DNA of 64,000 nucleotides from an uncultured Arcobacter sp. (GCA_965140705.1 OZ223302.1:160001-224000); one strand, 5' to 3'; positions 10,170-20,081 are shown, numbered from the stretch's first letter. A program made the numbers and translations. Notes: generated by a model not told the origin, from the letters alone.

Positions 10170-11671
10170 CTATCTTTTAATTCCTTTCTATTAACTTTGC
10201 CATTTTGATTTTTAGGAAGTATATCTAAAAAAATTATATTATTAGGTATCATGTATCTTGGTATCTTTTCTTTTAAATAACTTTTTATTTCCAGTTGTGT
10301 CAATTCTTCTTTTACTACAATATATGCTATTATTTTTCCATAATTTGAATTTTCTCTTTTGTATACTACTGCACATTCTTCAATAGCATCAATTGCATAT
10401 AAAGCAAGTTCAATTTCTTCTAGTTCTATTCTATAACCCATATGTTTAATTTGATTATCTAATCTCCCTTTAAAATACAGTAATCCATTTTTTTCTTCTA
10501 CTAAATCACCTGTTTTATACATGTGCTTTCTATAATGATTTTCATTTGTAAATTCAATGAAATTATTTTTAGTGCGTTCAGTATCATTATAATAACCTTT
10601 CCCAACATTCGGTCCAATTAAGCATAATTCACCTATTTTATTATCATATTCAGTTAAAATTATATATGAAAAATTTTGATTTATAGTACCTAAAGGTGGT
10701 AAGCCGTTTGTATCTTCAAAGTCATTTTCAATAATTTCATAGCTTGAACAAATACATGTACACTCTGTAGGTCCATAAACATTAATGAATCTTGAACGAT
10801 ATGAATATATGTCAAATAGTTTTTTTAATTCACTTTTAGGATACCCTTCTCCTCCAAAAGTAAAAATTCTTATTAATACTAAATTCTCTTTAGTCAATAC
10901 TCTCATTGTAGTTAAATACATTAACATCGAAGGTACAGAAAACCATATCGTACACTTGAGCTCATCAATATATTTAACAAGTTCCAAAGGAGCAGTTAAA
11001 AGTTCTTTCTTGATTGGAGTTAAAGAAGCTCCACTAAATAATGCACCATAAAAATCAAATACAGAATTATCAAAATACATAGGACTAATATTTGCAAAAT
11101 TATCGCTATTTGTTATCTTATATCTTAGTTGAATCCAATTTATTAAATGAATTATGTTTTGGTGTGTGATTGCCACTCCTTTTGGAGTACCTGTTGAGCC
11201 AGAGGTAAACATAATATAAGCTATCGTATCAGCATCAATGTGAATTTCTGTGTTTGTGTAAGCATTCGATACACAAATATCACCATATTGACAATAACTA
11301 ATCTTATTTAGTTCACTTGTTTTTTTAATATTTTTAAAAATAAAACTAGAAAAAATAAATTTAGGTTTACATAGTTTTAAGATAGCATCAATACGCTTTG
11401 TTGGATTCTCTATATCAATATTAATATATGCAATACCAGATTTCAAACAAGCAATCATTAAAGCATAATCTTCAAATGACTTTGTACTTGCTATAGCAAC
11501 TATATCACCTTGTGTTAAATTATTTTGTTGAAAATAGTTTACAAAATAGTTAGATTTCTCATCTAGATCATTATAGTTATATTCTATATCAATATAAACA
11601 ATTGCATTATTACTACTGTTCTTTTTTGCGATATTTTCAAAAAAATCTTTTAAATTATAAAAATATTTCAT
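10166..11671 (-). CDS. Stand-alone amino-acid adenylation enzyme (DltA/NRPS A-domain-like)
   Basis: YIMFTSGSTGTPKG, NVYGPTE, YKTGD, GYRIELEEIE, NGKVNR. Confidence 0.9.
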   Translation of the reverse strand: MKYFYNLKDFFENIAKKNSSNNAIVYIDIEYNYNDLDEKSNYFVNYFQQNNLTQGDIVAIASTKSFEDYALMIACLKSGIAYINIDIENPTKRIDAILKLCKPKFIFSSFIFKNIKKTSELNKISYCQYGDICVSNAYTNTEIHIDADTIAYIMFTSGSTGTPKGVAITHQNIIHLINWIQLRYKITNSDNFANISPMYFDNSVFDFYGALFSGASLTPIKKELLTAPLELVKYIDELKCTIWFSVPSMLMYLTTMRVLTKENLVLIRIFTFGGEGYPKSELKKLFDIYSYRSRFINVYGPTECTCICSSYEIIENDFEDTNGLPPLGTINQNFSYIILTEYDNKIGELCLIGPNVGKGYYNDTERTKNNFIEFTNENHYRKHMYKTGDLVEEKNGLLYFKGRLDNQIKHMGYRIELEEIELALYAIDAIEECAVVYKRENSNYGKIIAYIVVKEELTQLEIKSYLKEKIPRYMIPNNIIFLDILPKNQNGKVNRKELKDR

Positions 11672-12523
11672 CTATTCTACCAATATTGAACTTATTGGTA
11701 TTTGCGTCAAGTCACCAACAACTTTATCAAACTTTACTATATATGATTCTTTTTTAAATATAATAGTATCTTCGTACACAAATAATACTTGATAATTTTT
11801 AAATTTTTTTGCATAACTTAATAAGTACTCATTCGTTAGTATTTCAATACCAAAAACTTTATATTTATGATTTAAATATTCAAAGTATGCACCTTGAGAT
11901 TTGTTATTGAATGCCTTTATTTTATTTTTTATTTTTTCGATACTTTCCGTAAAAACAATAATTTTATCTTGTTCACTTCTAGAATAATATATATCTTGGC
12001 GATGGTGTTTTTGTTTAATTCTAGTTTGAAATTTATCATAATAAGCTAATTTAAAAACTTCTTTTTCTGCAATAAAACTTAATTGATACATTAATGAAAC
12101 ATCAAGGTCATTACTATATTCAATTTTAACTTGTGAAATAATATCGCCTGCATCAATGTTATCATTCATTATATGACATGTGGCACCTGAATTTCTATTG
12201 TATAAAATAGCTCCAATAACGGGGTCAATACCTTTTAAATCAGGTAATAAAGAAGGATGAACATTGATATATTTTTTATTTGGCATATTAGTAATAGGTA
12301 ATATATAAGGACACCCATTAGAAATTAATATGTCAAAATCAGTTTTATCTAATTTGTCTAATAAATCAGTTTTGGAAGATATTAAAGTATAGTTCTTGGA
12401 TATTGATTTGATATCTTTTTCCAAATGTGTATTCTTTATTACAAATATTTTTTCAATATTTAAACCTAAAGATATCATCTCTTCAAGTACAAACCTTCTA
12501 TTACCTACAAAAATAAATTTCAT
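11672..12523 (-). CDS. Formyltransferase (Fmt-like)
   Basis: INVHPSLLP, GATCH, IDAGDII. Confidence 0.85.
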   Translation of the reverse strand: MKFIFVGNRRFVLEEMISLGLNIEKIFVIKNTHLEKDIKSISKNYTLISSKTDLLDKLDKTDFDILISNGCPYILPITNMPNKKYINVHPSLLPDLKGIDPVIGAILYNRNSGATCHIMNDNIDAGDIISQVKIEYSNDLDVSLMYQLSFIAEKEVFKLAYYDKFQTRIKQKHHRQDIYYSRSEQDKIIVFTESIEKIKNKIKAFNNKSQGAYFEYLNHKYKVFGIEILTNEYLLSYAKKFKNYQVLFVYEDTIIFKKESYIVKFDKVVGDLTQIPISSILVE

Positions 12524-13263
12524 TAAATTGTCAATCCTCCATTAACTTCAATAACTGTTCCAGTTACAAAGTCATTTTCTATAATATACTTAACACTTTG
12601 AAAAATATTTTCACTCTCTCCTAATCTTTTTAGCGGAGTGTTAGAAACTATGTGTTTTATATTTTTTTCACTTAATGCTATATTTGTAGATTCTGTATTT
12701 ATAAAACCAGGAGCTATAGCATTGCTTCTTATTCCAAAACTCCCAAGCTCTTTTGCCCATGTTTTAGTCATCGCTTCAACTGCTGCTTTAGATGCACTAT
12801 ATGCTGTTTGTCCTGCATTCCCTTTCGCACTAATTGAACTTATGTTTATTATTACACCTTTTGTTCTTTTTAACACCATCTTTTCAGCTACTATTGAACT
12901 TAATATAAATACAGAATTCAAATTTATTTCTAAATTCTTTTTAAAAGTATCATAACTATGCTTCATAGAAGAAGGATTCATTATATTTATAAGTGGCTCA
13001 TTGTAAATAACTCCAGCATTATTGACTAAAATATCTATCTTTGAAAATTTATTTATAATATCATCAATATACTCTTGAACTAACTGATAATTAGTAATAT
13101 CAACATCATAAGCTATAAATCTTCTATCAAGTTGCTTTAATTTTTCTTTATCTATATCTAAAACTATTACAGTAACATCATTTTCCAAAAGTCCTTTTGC
13201 AATACTAAAGCCTAAGCCACCTGTTCCCCCTGTTACAATGGCTACTTTATCTTTAAGCTCCAA
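12523..13263 (-). CDS. SDR oxidoreductase, FabG-like
   Basis: TGGTGGLG, NNAG, YSASK. Confidence 0.9.
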   Translation of the reverse strand: MELKDKVAIVTGGTGGLGFSIAKGLLENDVTVIVLDIDKEKLKQLDRRFIAYDVDITNYQLVQEYIDDIINKFSKIDILVNNAGVIYNEPLINIMNPSSMKHSYDTFKKNLEINLNSVFILSSIVAEKMVLKRTKGVIINISSISAKGNAGQTAYSASKAAVEAMTKTWAKELGSFGIRSNAIAPGFINTESTNIALSEKNIKHIVSNTPLKRLGESENIFQSVKYIIENDFVTGTVIEVNGGLTI

Positions 13264-13492
13264 TATCTACACCTTTATTTTTTAAAATTTCTATAATTTT
13301 TTCAATTGAAGTCATTTCTACAATCTCTAGCATCTCTAGTTCTACATTAAACTCTTTTTCAATTGATGTTACTAAATCCATTTGTGTTAATGAATCCCAA
13401 CCATCAATATCATCTTTTGTTAAATCTATTTTTATGTCAGAAACTTTTATTTCAAAAATTTCTGCCAATATTTCCATTATTTTACTATTCAT
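13253..13492 (-). CDS. Acyl/aminoacyl carrier protein
   Basis: 79 aa, acidic, WDSL phosphopantetheine site. Confidence 0.9.
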   Translation of the reverse strand: MNSKIMEILAEIFEIKVSDIKIDLTKDDIDGWDSLTQMDLVTSIEKEFNVELEMLEIVEMTSIEKIIEILKNKGVDIGA

Positions 13493-13502
13493 CTTTTTAT
13501 TC

Positions 13503-14177
13503 CTATTTCATAAAATATTTTACATAATCAAGTGCTGGGAATCTATGTTTTTCTCCAACTCTAGCTAAAAAGACTTCATTAGCTTTAGTATTAGAAGAGA
13601 TCAATACATGTGCTCCGATAATATTTAATTTTTCAACTTTAACTTGATTGACTACTGTTACTCCAACACCTACAAAAGTATTCGAGCCAATTTTTGCTTC
13701 TCCAGCGATAACACTTCCTGAAGCAATCCAACAATTATTTTCAATAACAGAATGATGTGCGATTGTACAATTAGCCCAAATAAAACTATTTTTTCCTATA
13801 GAAGAAAATGGCTCTATAACACTATTAGATAGGACTAAACTACCCTCACCTATATCATTATTATTGTAAATTTTTGCATCTTTATGAATATATGTTAAAA
13901 CGGTAAAACCCAATTCTTTTATTGTATGAAATATATGTTCTCTATCTTGGTTAAGGTTATTATAACCCATTGCAATTAAAACTTCAAAATCATTTGGAGA
14001 GTAATAATCTAATAATTTTTCCAATGCAACTACTTTCTTACCAAATAAAGAGTTCTCTTCTATATATTCTTCATTTACACAAAAGCATTCAACAAAATAC
14101 CTATCATCATCATTTACATAACTATATAATATTTGTGCAGTTATTGAGTTTCCGATTATTATAATCTTCTTTTTCAT
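13503..14177 (-). CDS. Hexapeptide-repeat acyltransferase (NeuD/PglD-like)
   Basis: Rossmann-like N-terminus plus left-handed beta-helix repeats. Confidence 0.85.
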   Translation of the reverse strand: MKKKIIIIGNSITAQILYSYVNDDDRYFVECFCVNEEYIEENSLFGKKVVALEKLLDYYSPNDFEVLIAMGYNNLNQDREHIFHTIKELGFTVLTYIHKDAKIYNNNDIGEGSLVLSNSVIEPFSSIGKNSFIWANCTIAHHSVIENNCWIASGSVIAGEAKIGSNTFVGVGVTVVNQVKVEKLNIIGAHVLISSNTKANEVFLARVGEKHRFPALDYVKYFMK

Positions 14178-15097
14178 TGTTTATCCTCTGATACAGCTAA
14201 TCCAAACCCAGTTTTTCCATAGCCATTTCCATTATATAGCATGTATTTTATATTTTTATGTTCAAAAACACATGGATAGCATATCATTTCACTATCCCAC
14301 CCGGTTGAGCTTACATCTATTCCTGATTTATCATCTTTTCTAATCCAATTTACTGTATCTACAGACTCTGAGTAACCCATTCTATAAGTTTTTATAGATT
14401 CTGTTGCTCTATGAGCATACCACATATGATATTTTCCTTCCCACTTTACAACAGTTGGTCTTCCAAAAGCATATTCATATTCATCTGCAAAAGGAATAGC
14501 CATTCCCTCATCAAACTTCCAATCAAGTCCATTTTTTGATGTTCCATGATGTAAACCATATTTATGCTCCCAGTTTACACCTTGTTTTTCCCATTTTATG
14601 CCAGAGTTATACCAAGTATGCCATAAATCTTTCTCATCTATAAAAAATGCCGTTGCTGCTGCAAAAAGAGGATGATACCTATCTCTACCTATTATCGGTC
14701 CTAAAAATTCTTTTTTTAAAGTTAATGAATCCAATTCTAATTTTGCTCTACCTGTGTCACATATCCAAAGATTATCTGGTAAATTTTGCCAGCCTACATA
14801 GTACAAATAAATTTGATTGTCATTTTTTATAAGACAACCACTAATTACTCCATCACAATCAAAATATCCATAATCCCCTGGAGATAATGCTAGTTTTGGC
14901 TCAGACACTAACTCAATTTTTCCATTTTGAACATTCGCATATACTAAAAAAACATGAGATTTTCGTAAATGATCTCTTTTTGTAAAAGCAATTAAAAATC
15001 TATCATTTTCAATGTGAATAATACAAGGATGAGAAGCATGCGTCCAACCTTCATCTTCTGTCTGATACAAGATGCCTTTTTTTAGCCAATTAAACAT
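14174..15097 (-). CDS. Glycoside-hydrolase-like five-bladed beta-propeller protein
   Basis: Repeated blade motifs (YLYYVG, YHMWY, MICYP, YMLYNGNGYG). Confidence 0.6.
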   Translation of the reverse strand: MFNWLKKGILYQTEDEGWTHASHPCIIHIENDRFLIAFTKRDHLRKSHVFLVYANVQNGKIELVSEPKLALSPGDYGYFDCDGVISGCLIKNDNQIYLYYVGWQNLPDNLWICDTGRAKLELDSLTLKKEFLGPIIGRDRYHPLFAAATAFFIDEKDLWHTWYNSGIKWEKQGVNWEHKYGLHHGTSKNGLDWKFDEGMAIPFADEYEYAFGRPTVVKWEGKYHMWYAHRATESIKTYRMGYSESVDTVNWIRKDDKSGIDVSSTGWDSEMICYPCVFEHKNIKYMLYNGNGYGKTGFGLAVSEDKQ

Positions 15098-16076
15098 TTT
15101 TCAATCCTTGTTTTAATAACTCCTCGATAAATTCCACTCTGCTTATTCCTTTATTATTAGCAAGTTTATAAATTTGATCTTTTAACTTTAAATCTATACC
15201 TTCAATTTGACCATAATATCTACTCTTTAATGTTCCACCACGTAAACCTTTGTGAGATACATCATAGTTAACATCAAGTTCTTTATCAGATTTTCTAAAA
15301 CTAACAACATAAAAATAATAACTGCATTCCCAAGATATAACTACATCTCTAGCAGTGACTGGCAAATCTTCTAGTGGAGCATTAAAATCACACAATGGAT
15401 TATTGACTATTATTATTTTACCGTGTTCAGTCTCTTTTAACCAAGGTGCTACAGTTTCATCACCAAACACTACCATTGCATTCTCTTTTGCAACTCTATT
15501 CATTTCAGAAATACCTTTCTTAATGTCAGGAAATAAATTTATACCACCAAAATGGTATACAGCATCGAATGAAGAGTCATTAAATGGCAAATTTGTTGCA
15601 TCACTTACCGAAAATATTATTTCATAGTCTTTAAGATTTTCATTGTTATCAACTCTTTTTTGAGCTTCTTCTATCATTTGCTTTGAGAAATCTTGAGCAT
15701 AAATAGTACCTTCTTTTCCAACCTTTTCAGCGATATATGGTAAATCATCACCAAGACCAGCTCCTGTTACCAAGACGATATCACTTTTTTTTAAATTTAA
15801 TCGCTTAATTAAGCTTGTTCTTAATTCATCTTCTGAAGTTTTAAATGTTTCTAACACCCACTTCATAGAGTTATCATATCTTTCTCCAACTTCTTTTATA
15901 TCTAAAGTATACTCATTCTTACTTCTGTCAAAATCAAAAATAGGTATTTTATTTTCTTTTAAAAAATCATAAGTATGTCCATTTTTACATGCTAATCCAT
16001 TATTATGATCAAATAAACCTTCGTTACAATTTATACATTTATAAATGCTATTACTCACTTTTTCCCTTCTCATCAT
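15090..16076 (-). CDS. SAM methyltransferase with N-terminal zinc ribbon and possible C-terminal ribbon-helix-helix
   Basis: CINC...CKNGH; VTGAGLG; DATNLPF.D.SFDAV; C-terminal LKDQIYKLANNKGISRVEFIEELL. Confidence 0.75.
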   Translation of the reverse strand: MMRREKVSNSIYKCINCNEGLFDHNNGLACKNGHTYDFLKENKIPIFDFDRSKNEYTLDIKEVGERYDNSMKWVLETFKTSEDELRTSLIKRLNLKKSDIVLVTGAGLGDDLPYIAEKVGKEGTIYAQDFSKQMIEEAQKRVDNNENLKDYEIIFSVSDATNLPFNDSSFDAVYHFGGINLFPDIKKGISEMNRVAKENAMVVFGDETVAPWLKETEHGKIIIVNNPLCDFNAPLEDLPVTARDVVISWECSYYFYVVSFRKSDKELDVNYDVSHKGLRGGTLKSRYYGQIEGIDLKLKDQIYKLANNKGISRVEFIEELLKQGLKNV

Positions 16077-16986
16077 AAATTTTTTTGATTAATGTATATG
16101 GTCTAAGCTTTACCTCTTTAAATATCTTTGATATATAAATTCCTATAATTCCAAGTGTCATTATAGTTAATCCACCAAAAAACCATATTGAAGCTATTAC
16201 AGATGCCCAACCATCAACTTGAATATCATAAATAAGTTTACTAATAATAATTTTTACTATATAAACACATGAAAAAAAAGTCACCATAGTACCGATTGAG
16301 AAAATTATTTTTAATGGTTTGTCGCTAAATGAAACAATAGAATTAAAAAACAAAGATAATTTACTTCTTAATGAATAAGTTGTTGGTGAACTATCAGCTT
16401 TATTTACTTCAATCGATTTTTGATTAAATCCAATATCAGAAAATATACAACCCAAACATAATTCTCGTTCATTATAGGATACGATTGCATCTTTAGCTTT
16501 TTTTGTTAAAAGTCTTATTGTTAATAAGTTTTTAGGAATAGAGATGCTAGATAAACTGTTAAAAAGCTTATAGAATATTTCACCACTAATTTTTTCAAAC
16601 CATCCACCTTTACGACTTTTTTGTACTCCATAAACAACATCTAAATCTTCTTCTTTATGTAACTCTCCCCAAAACTTACTCAATAATTCAGGTTCTTCTT
16701 CTAGATCACTGTCTATAAGAAATACAAATTCTCCTTTAGCATGAGATAGTCCTGTCATGATTGCTTTATGATGACCAAAGTTTTTTGATAATTCTATCAC
16801 TTTTACTTTGATGTCTTTTTCATGTAAAACTATTGCTTTTTGCAAACTATCATCAGGACTACCATCATCTACAAATATTATTTCATAATCATCAGTTATT
16901 TTTTTTGCCTCTTTTGATATACGAGTATAAAACTCATCTATGTATGGAGATGACTTGTATAGCGTTGTTACGATTGAAAGTTTCAT
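16051..16986 (-). CDS. GT2 polyprenol-phosphate glycosyltransferase (GtrB/ArnC-like); start ATG 16986
   Basis: VDDGSPD, NFGHHKA, IDSDLEE, two C-terminal TM helices. Confidence 0.9.
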   Translation of the reverse strand: MKLSIVTTLYKSSPYIDEFYTRISKEAKKITDDYEIIFVDDGSPDDSLQKAIVLHEKDIKVKVIELSKNFGHHKAIMTGLSHAKGEFVFLIDSDLEEEPELLSKFWGELHKEEDLDVVYGVQKSRKGGWFEKISGEIFYKLFNSLSSISIPKNLLTIRLLTKKAKDAIVSYNERELCLGCIFSDIGFNQKSIEVNKADSSPTTYSLRSKLSLFFNSIVSFSDKPLKIIFSIGTMVTFFSCVYIVKIIISKLIYDIQVDGWASVIASIWFFGGLTIMTLGIIGIYISKIFKEVKLRPYTLIKKIYDEKGKSE

Positions 16987-16987
16987 T

Positions 16988-18193
16988 TTACATTTTCCCA
17001 TCAAGATATTTACCAGTCTCTTTATGTCCAAAATCTGGAATCATTTCAAAAAACTCTTTTACAATATCTTCTTTTGTCCATGATAAATTTGATTTAAGAT
17101 TTCTAATTGTAACTTCAAAATGATTTAACTTTTCTTCATCAAAAATAGCTTCATTTTTAATCACTCCAAGATTTTCAAATTTTTTCATATCTAAAACTTC
17201 TTTATCTGTAAAAAACTCTTCAAAATCTTTTTCACCTGTTGTATCGCTTGCAGTAAATAAACAAGGCCACTGTTTTGAATTTTGAATGTTTAATTTTGAG
17301 TTATTAATAAAAAAACTTCTTGCTTTTTCTTCATCTTTGCAAACATATGGCTCATATCCTAAGTCTTCTAGATATTTCACTGCTATATCTGAGAATGACA
17401 TTAAGTGTAGATTTTCGCTTAGTTTGGGAAAGAAAATATCCCTATTTTCACCAAAAATACAAGACATCAGGCAAAGTTCACCTGATTCTTGTGGTGTTAC
17501 AAAGTATCTTTTTATATCATTGGGTGCTACGATAGGTTGATTTTTTTGAATTCTTTGATTAAAACCATGAAGTAAACTTCCATCACTAAAAGCAACATTA
17601 GCAAATCTTGCCATTGAAACATCTATTTGTTTTGATTTTCGCATAACAAACATTTCCATTATTCGTTTACTTGCACCCATCATATTTACAGGATTTGCAG
17701 CTTTATCTGTACTTACACAAAAATATTTTTTAGTTCCATTTTTAATAGATTGTTGTAAAGTTTTATCAGTATTAAGAATATTTGTTTCAATCATTCGCAT
17801 AAGAGTAAATGGATCTTTTTCACTTCTTACATGCTTAAGAGCTGATAAGTTTAAGACATAATCATATTTCCCATCTTGCTTTATAAAAGCATCATATTCT
17901 AAAGAAGCTATGTCAAGAGCAAATGTAGCAAAGTCACCATCTATATACCCTAAACTACTCCTTATATCACGCACTAATTCAACCATATTGTTTTCACTAA
18001 TGTCTACAACATGCAATTTCTTTGGATTTCTTTTAAATATCTCTTTTGTAACAGCTTGCCCAATAGAGCCAGCACCACCAATTACTAAAAAAGTTGAGGA
18101 TGAAACTATCTTTTTCAGATTGTCATTATTATTTGAAATATCATCTGTAAAAAGTTCTTTTGTTCTTCCTATTAAATTTAATATTTTATCCAT
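16988..18193 (-). CDS. legB: NDP-GlcNAc 4,6-dehydratase (LegB-type)
   Basis: GGAGSIG, SALKHVRSE, STDKAANP, ARFANVAFSDGS. Confidence 0.85.
   Translation of the reverse strand: MDKILNLIGRTKELFTDDISNNNDNLKKIVSSSTFLVIGGAGSIGQAVTKEIFKRNPKKLHVVDISENNMVELVRDIRSSLGYIDGDFATFALDIASLEYDAFIKQDGKYDYVLNLSALKHVRSEKDPFTLMRMIETNILNTDKTLQQSIKNGTKKYFCVSTDKAANPVNMMGASKRIMEMFVMRKSKQIDVSMARFANVAFSDGSLLHGFNQRIQKNQPIVAPNDIKRYFVTPQESGELCLMSCIFGENRDIFFPKLSENLHLMSFSDIAVKYLEDLGYEPYVCKDEEKARSFFINNSKLNIQNSKQWPCLFTASDTTGEKDFEEFFTDKEVLDMKKFENLGVIKNEAIFDEEKLNHFEVTIRNLKSNLSWTKEDIVKEFFEMIPDFGHKETGKYLDGKM
17274..17308. repeat. Degenerate 7-bp tandem repeat x5 inside legB
   Basis: tttgaat tttgaat gtttaat tttgagt tattaat; encodes INNSKLNIQNSK. 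Confidence 0.65.
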
Positions 18194-18918
18194 TATTTAA
18201 TACAATTCCTTCTAATATATTTAACAATAATTTTAACAGACTCTTCTATACTGAGTTTATCTGTATCTATTATAATTTCAGCATGCTGTGGTTCTTCATA
18301 TATATCAGTAACGCCAGTGAAATTTTTATACTCACCTTTTAGTGCTTTTTCATATTTACCCTCAGTGTCTCTTCTTTTACAAGTTTCAATATCTGCTTTT
18401 ACATATACCACTATATTATTTTTTACCATTTCTCTTATTGCTTTTCTTGACTCAGAATAAGGACTTACAAAAGAAGAAACAGTTGATACTGAATTTTTTT
18501 GTAAAGTTTTTATTAGATGTCCAATTCTATGCATATGTCTATTTCTATCTTCTCTTGTATATCCTATATCAGGTATTACATCCCTTATATCTTTTGAATC
18601 TAATCGTTCAATTGGGATATCAAGCTTTTCTAACTCTCCATAAACTCTATTTGCAATAGTAGTTTTTCCAGAAAGGGGTAATCCTGTAAACCAAATATTA
18701 AAAGGTTCTATTCTTTTTCTACCCCATCTAACTTTAAACCAAGCTCTCTCATGTGCCCAATAAAGACCTACTTTTAAAATCGTTTCGATTAAACCTGCAG
18801 CAATCGCTAAATCTAACCTTCTAAAAAAGACATAAACTATAATTATAGTTGTAGTTGTTGCAAGAATTCTCCAACTAATACCTTTAATTATTGACCTTAA
18901 GTTAGTATCCTTATACAT
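18193..18918 (-). CDS. cysC: DUF2061-like membrane domain fused to an adenylyl-sulfate kinase domain
   Basis: RSIIKGISWR...YWAHERAW, then WFTGLPLSGKTT, FVSPY, FTGV. Confidence 0.8.
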   Translation of the reverse strand: MYKDTNLRSIIKGISWRILATTTTIIIVYVFFRRLDLAIAAGLIETILKVGLYWAHERAWFKVRWGRKRIEPFNIWFTGLPLSGKTTIANRVYGELEKLDIPIERLDSKDIRDVIPDIGYTREDRNRHMHRIGHLIKTLQKNSVSTVSSFVSPYSESRKAIREMVKNNIVVYVKADIETCKRRDTEGKYEKALKGEYKNFTGVTDIYEEPQHAEIIIDTDKLSIEESVKIIVKYIRRNCIK

Positions 18919-18931
18919 TTATTTAAAATTC

Positions 18932-19582
18932 CTAAATTGAATATTCAAAATTACCCTTAATATATCCAAATCTTATCAAATATTTTATAATTATTTCAGT
19001 ACTTTCTTGAATAGACTGGGTATCAGTTTTTATATGAATTTGAGGATTTTCAGGTTTTTCATAAGGAGAGTCTATTCCTGTAAAATCTTTTATAGCTCCA
19101 GCTCTAGCTTTTTTATATAAACCTTTTGGATCTCTTTTTTCACAGAGACTAATAGGACTATCAATAAAGACCTCAATAAATTCATCATAGTTAACTAAAG
19201 ATCTTGCAATTTGCCTATCTGATTTAAAAGGACTTATAAAAGCTGTTAAAACAATAAGTCCTGCATCAACAAATAATTTACTGACTTCTCCTATTCTTCT
19301 TATATTTTCTACTCTTTGTGTTTCAGAGAAACCAAGGTCCTTATTTAATCCATGTCTTATATTGTCTCCATCCAATAAATAAGTTTTTATACTCATTTTA
19401 TAAAGTTCTGCTTCCACAGCATTTGCAATAGTTGACTTTCCACTAGCACTTAACCCTGTAAACCACAAAATTGATGGTTTTTGATTTAACAAAATTTCTC
19501 TGTTTTCTTTTTTAATATTTTGATTTTGCCAAATTATATTTTGGTTTATTTCATGCTTTTTAATCATAGATTTAAATACCAT
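18932..19582 (-). CDS. cysC: Adenylyl-sulfate kinase (start may be the later Met of MIKKH)
   Basis: WFTGLSASGKST, LDGDNIR, RDPKGLY, FTGIDSPYE. Confidence 0.95.
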   Translation of the reverse strand: MVFKSMIKKHEINQNIIWQNQNIKKENREILLNQKPSILWFTGLSASGKSTIANAVEAELYKMSIKTYLLDGDNIRHGLNKDLGFSETQRVENIRRIGEVSKLFVDAGLIVLTAFISPFKSDRQIARSLVNYDEFIEVFIDSPISLCEKRDPKGLYKKARAGAIKDFTGIDSPYEKPENPQIHIKTDTQSIQESTEIIIKYLIRFGYIKGNFEYSI

Positions 19583-20081
19583 TTATACATAATTTTAATT
19601 CTTCTTCAAGTTTAATCTTATATTTCAAACCTAATCTATGTAGTTTACTAAGATTTGTTAACTTTAGCATTGCACCATTAGGTTTATTTGTATAAAATAC
19701 TAAATCACCTTTAAATCCAATAATATTTTTAATTAATTTAGCAAGTTTTTTTATAGATATATCTATATATTTATAGGGAAGAAACTCTCTTATTGGTTTC
19801 CTTCTACTCAAAATTTCAATTTTAACTTCCTTCAAACTAATGTTTAATAATGAATTCTGAATTCTGAATTCTGAATTTTCTTCTAATTGATCTTGAATTA
19901 AGAAGTATTGTTCTGAGTTTGAAACTATAAATTGACTTTCATATAATTTTGAGTTTCTTTGTACTGTTAATTGAAAAAGTGATTTATTTGAACAAAGTTT
20001 TACAAACTGCTTAGGCATTAATGTTCGGCTTATTGGCCATAGTCTTGTCCCTCTTCCTCCAAATAAGATCAAGTTAGTCAT
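19572..20081 (-). pseudogene. Chimeric remnant: manC 5' end joined to decayed fcl (GDP-fucose synthase) 3' fragments
   Basis: GGRGTRLWPISR..MPKQF (ManC), then KPIREFL and DISIKKLAKLIKNIIGFKGDLVF..KPNG (Fcl C-terminus). Confidence 0.8.
19851..19878. repeat. 7-bp tandem repeat (TGAATTC)x4
   Basis: tgaattc tgaattc tgaattc tgaattt. Confidence 0.9.
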
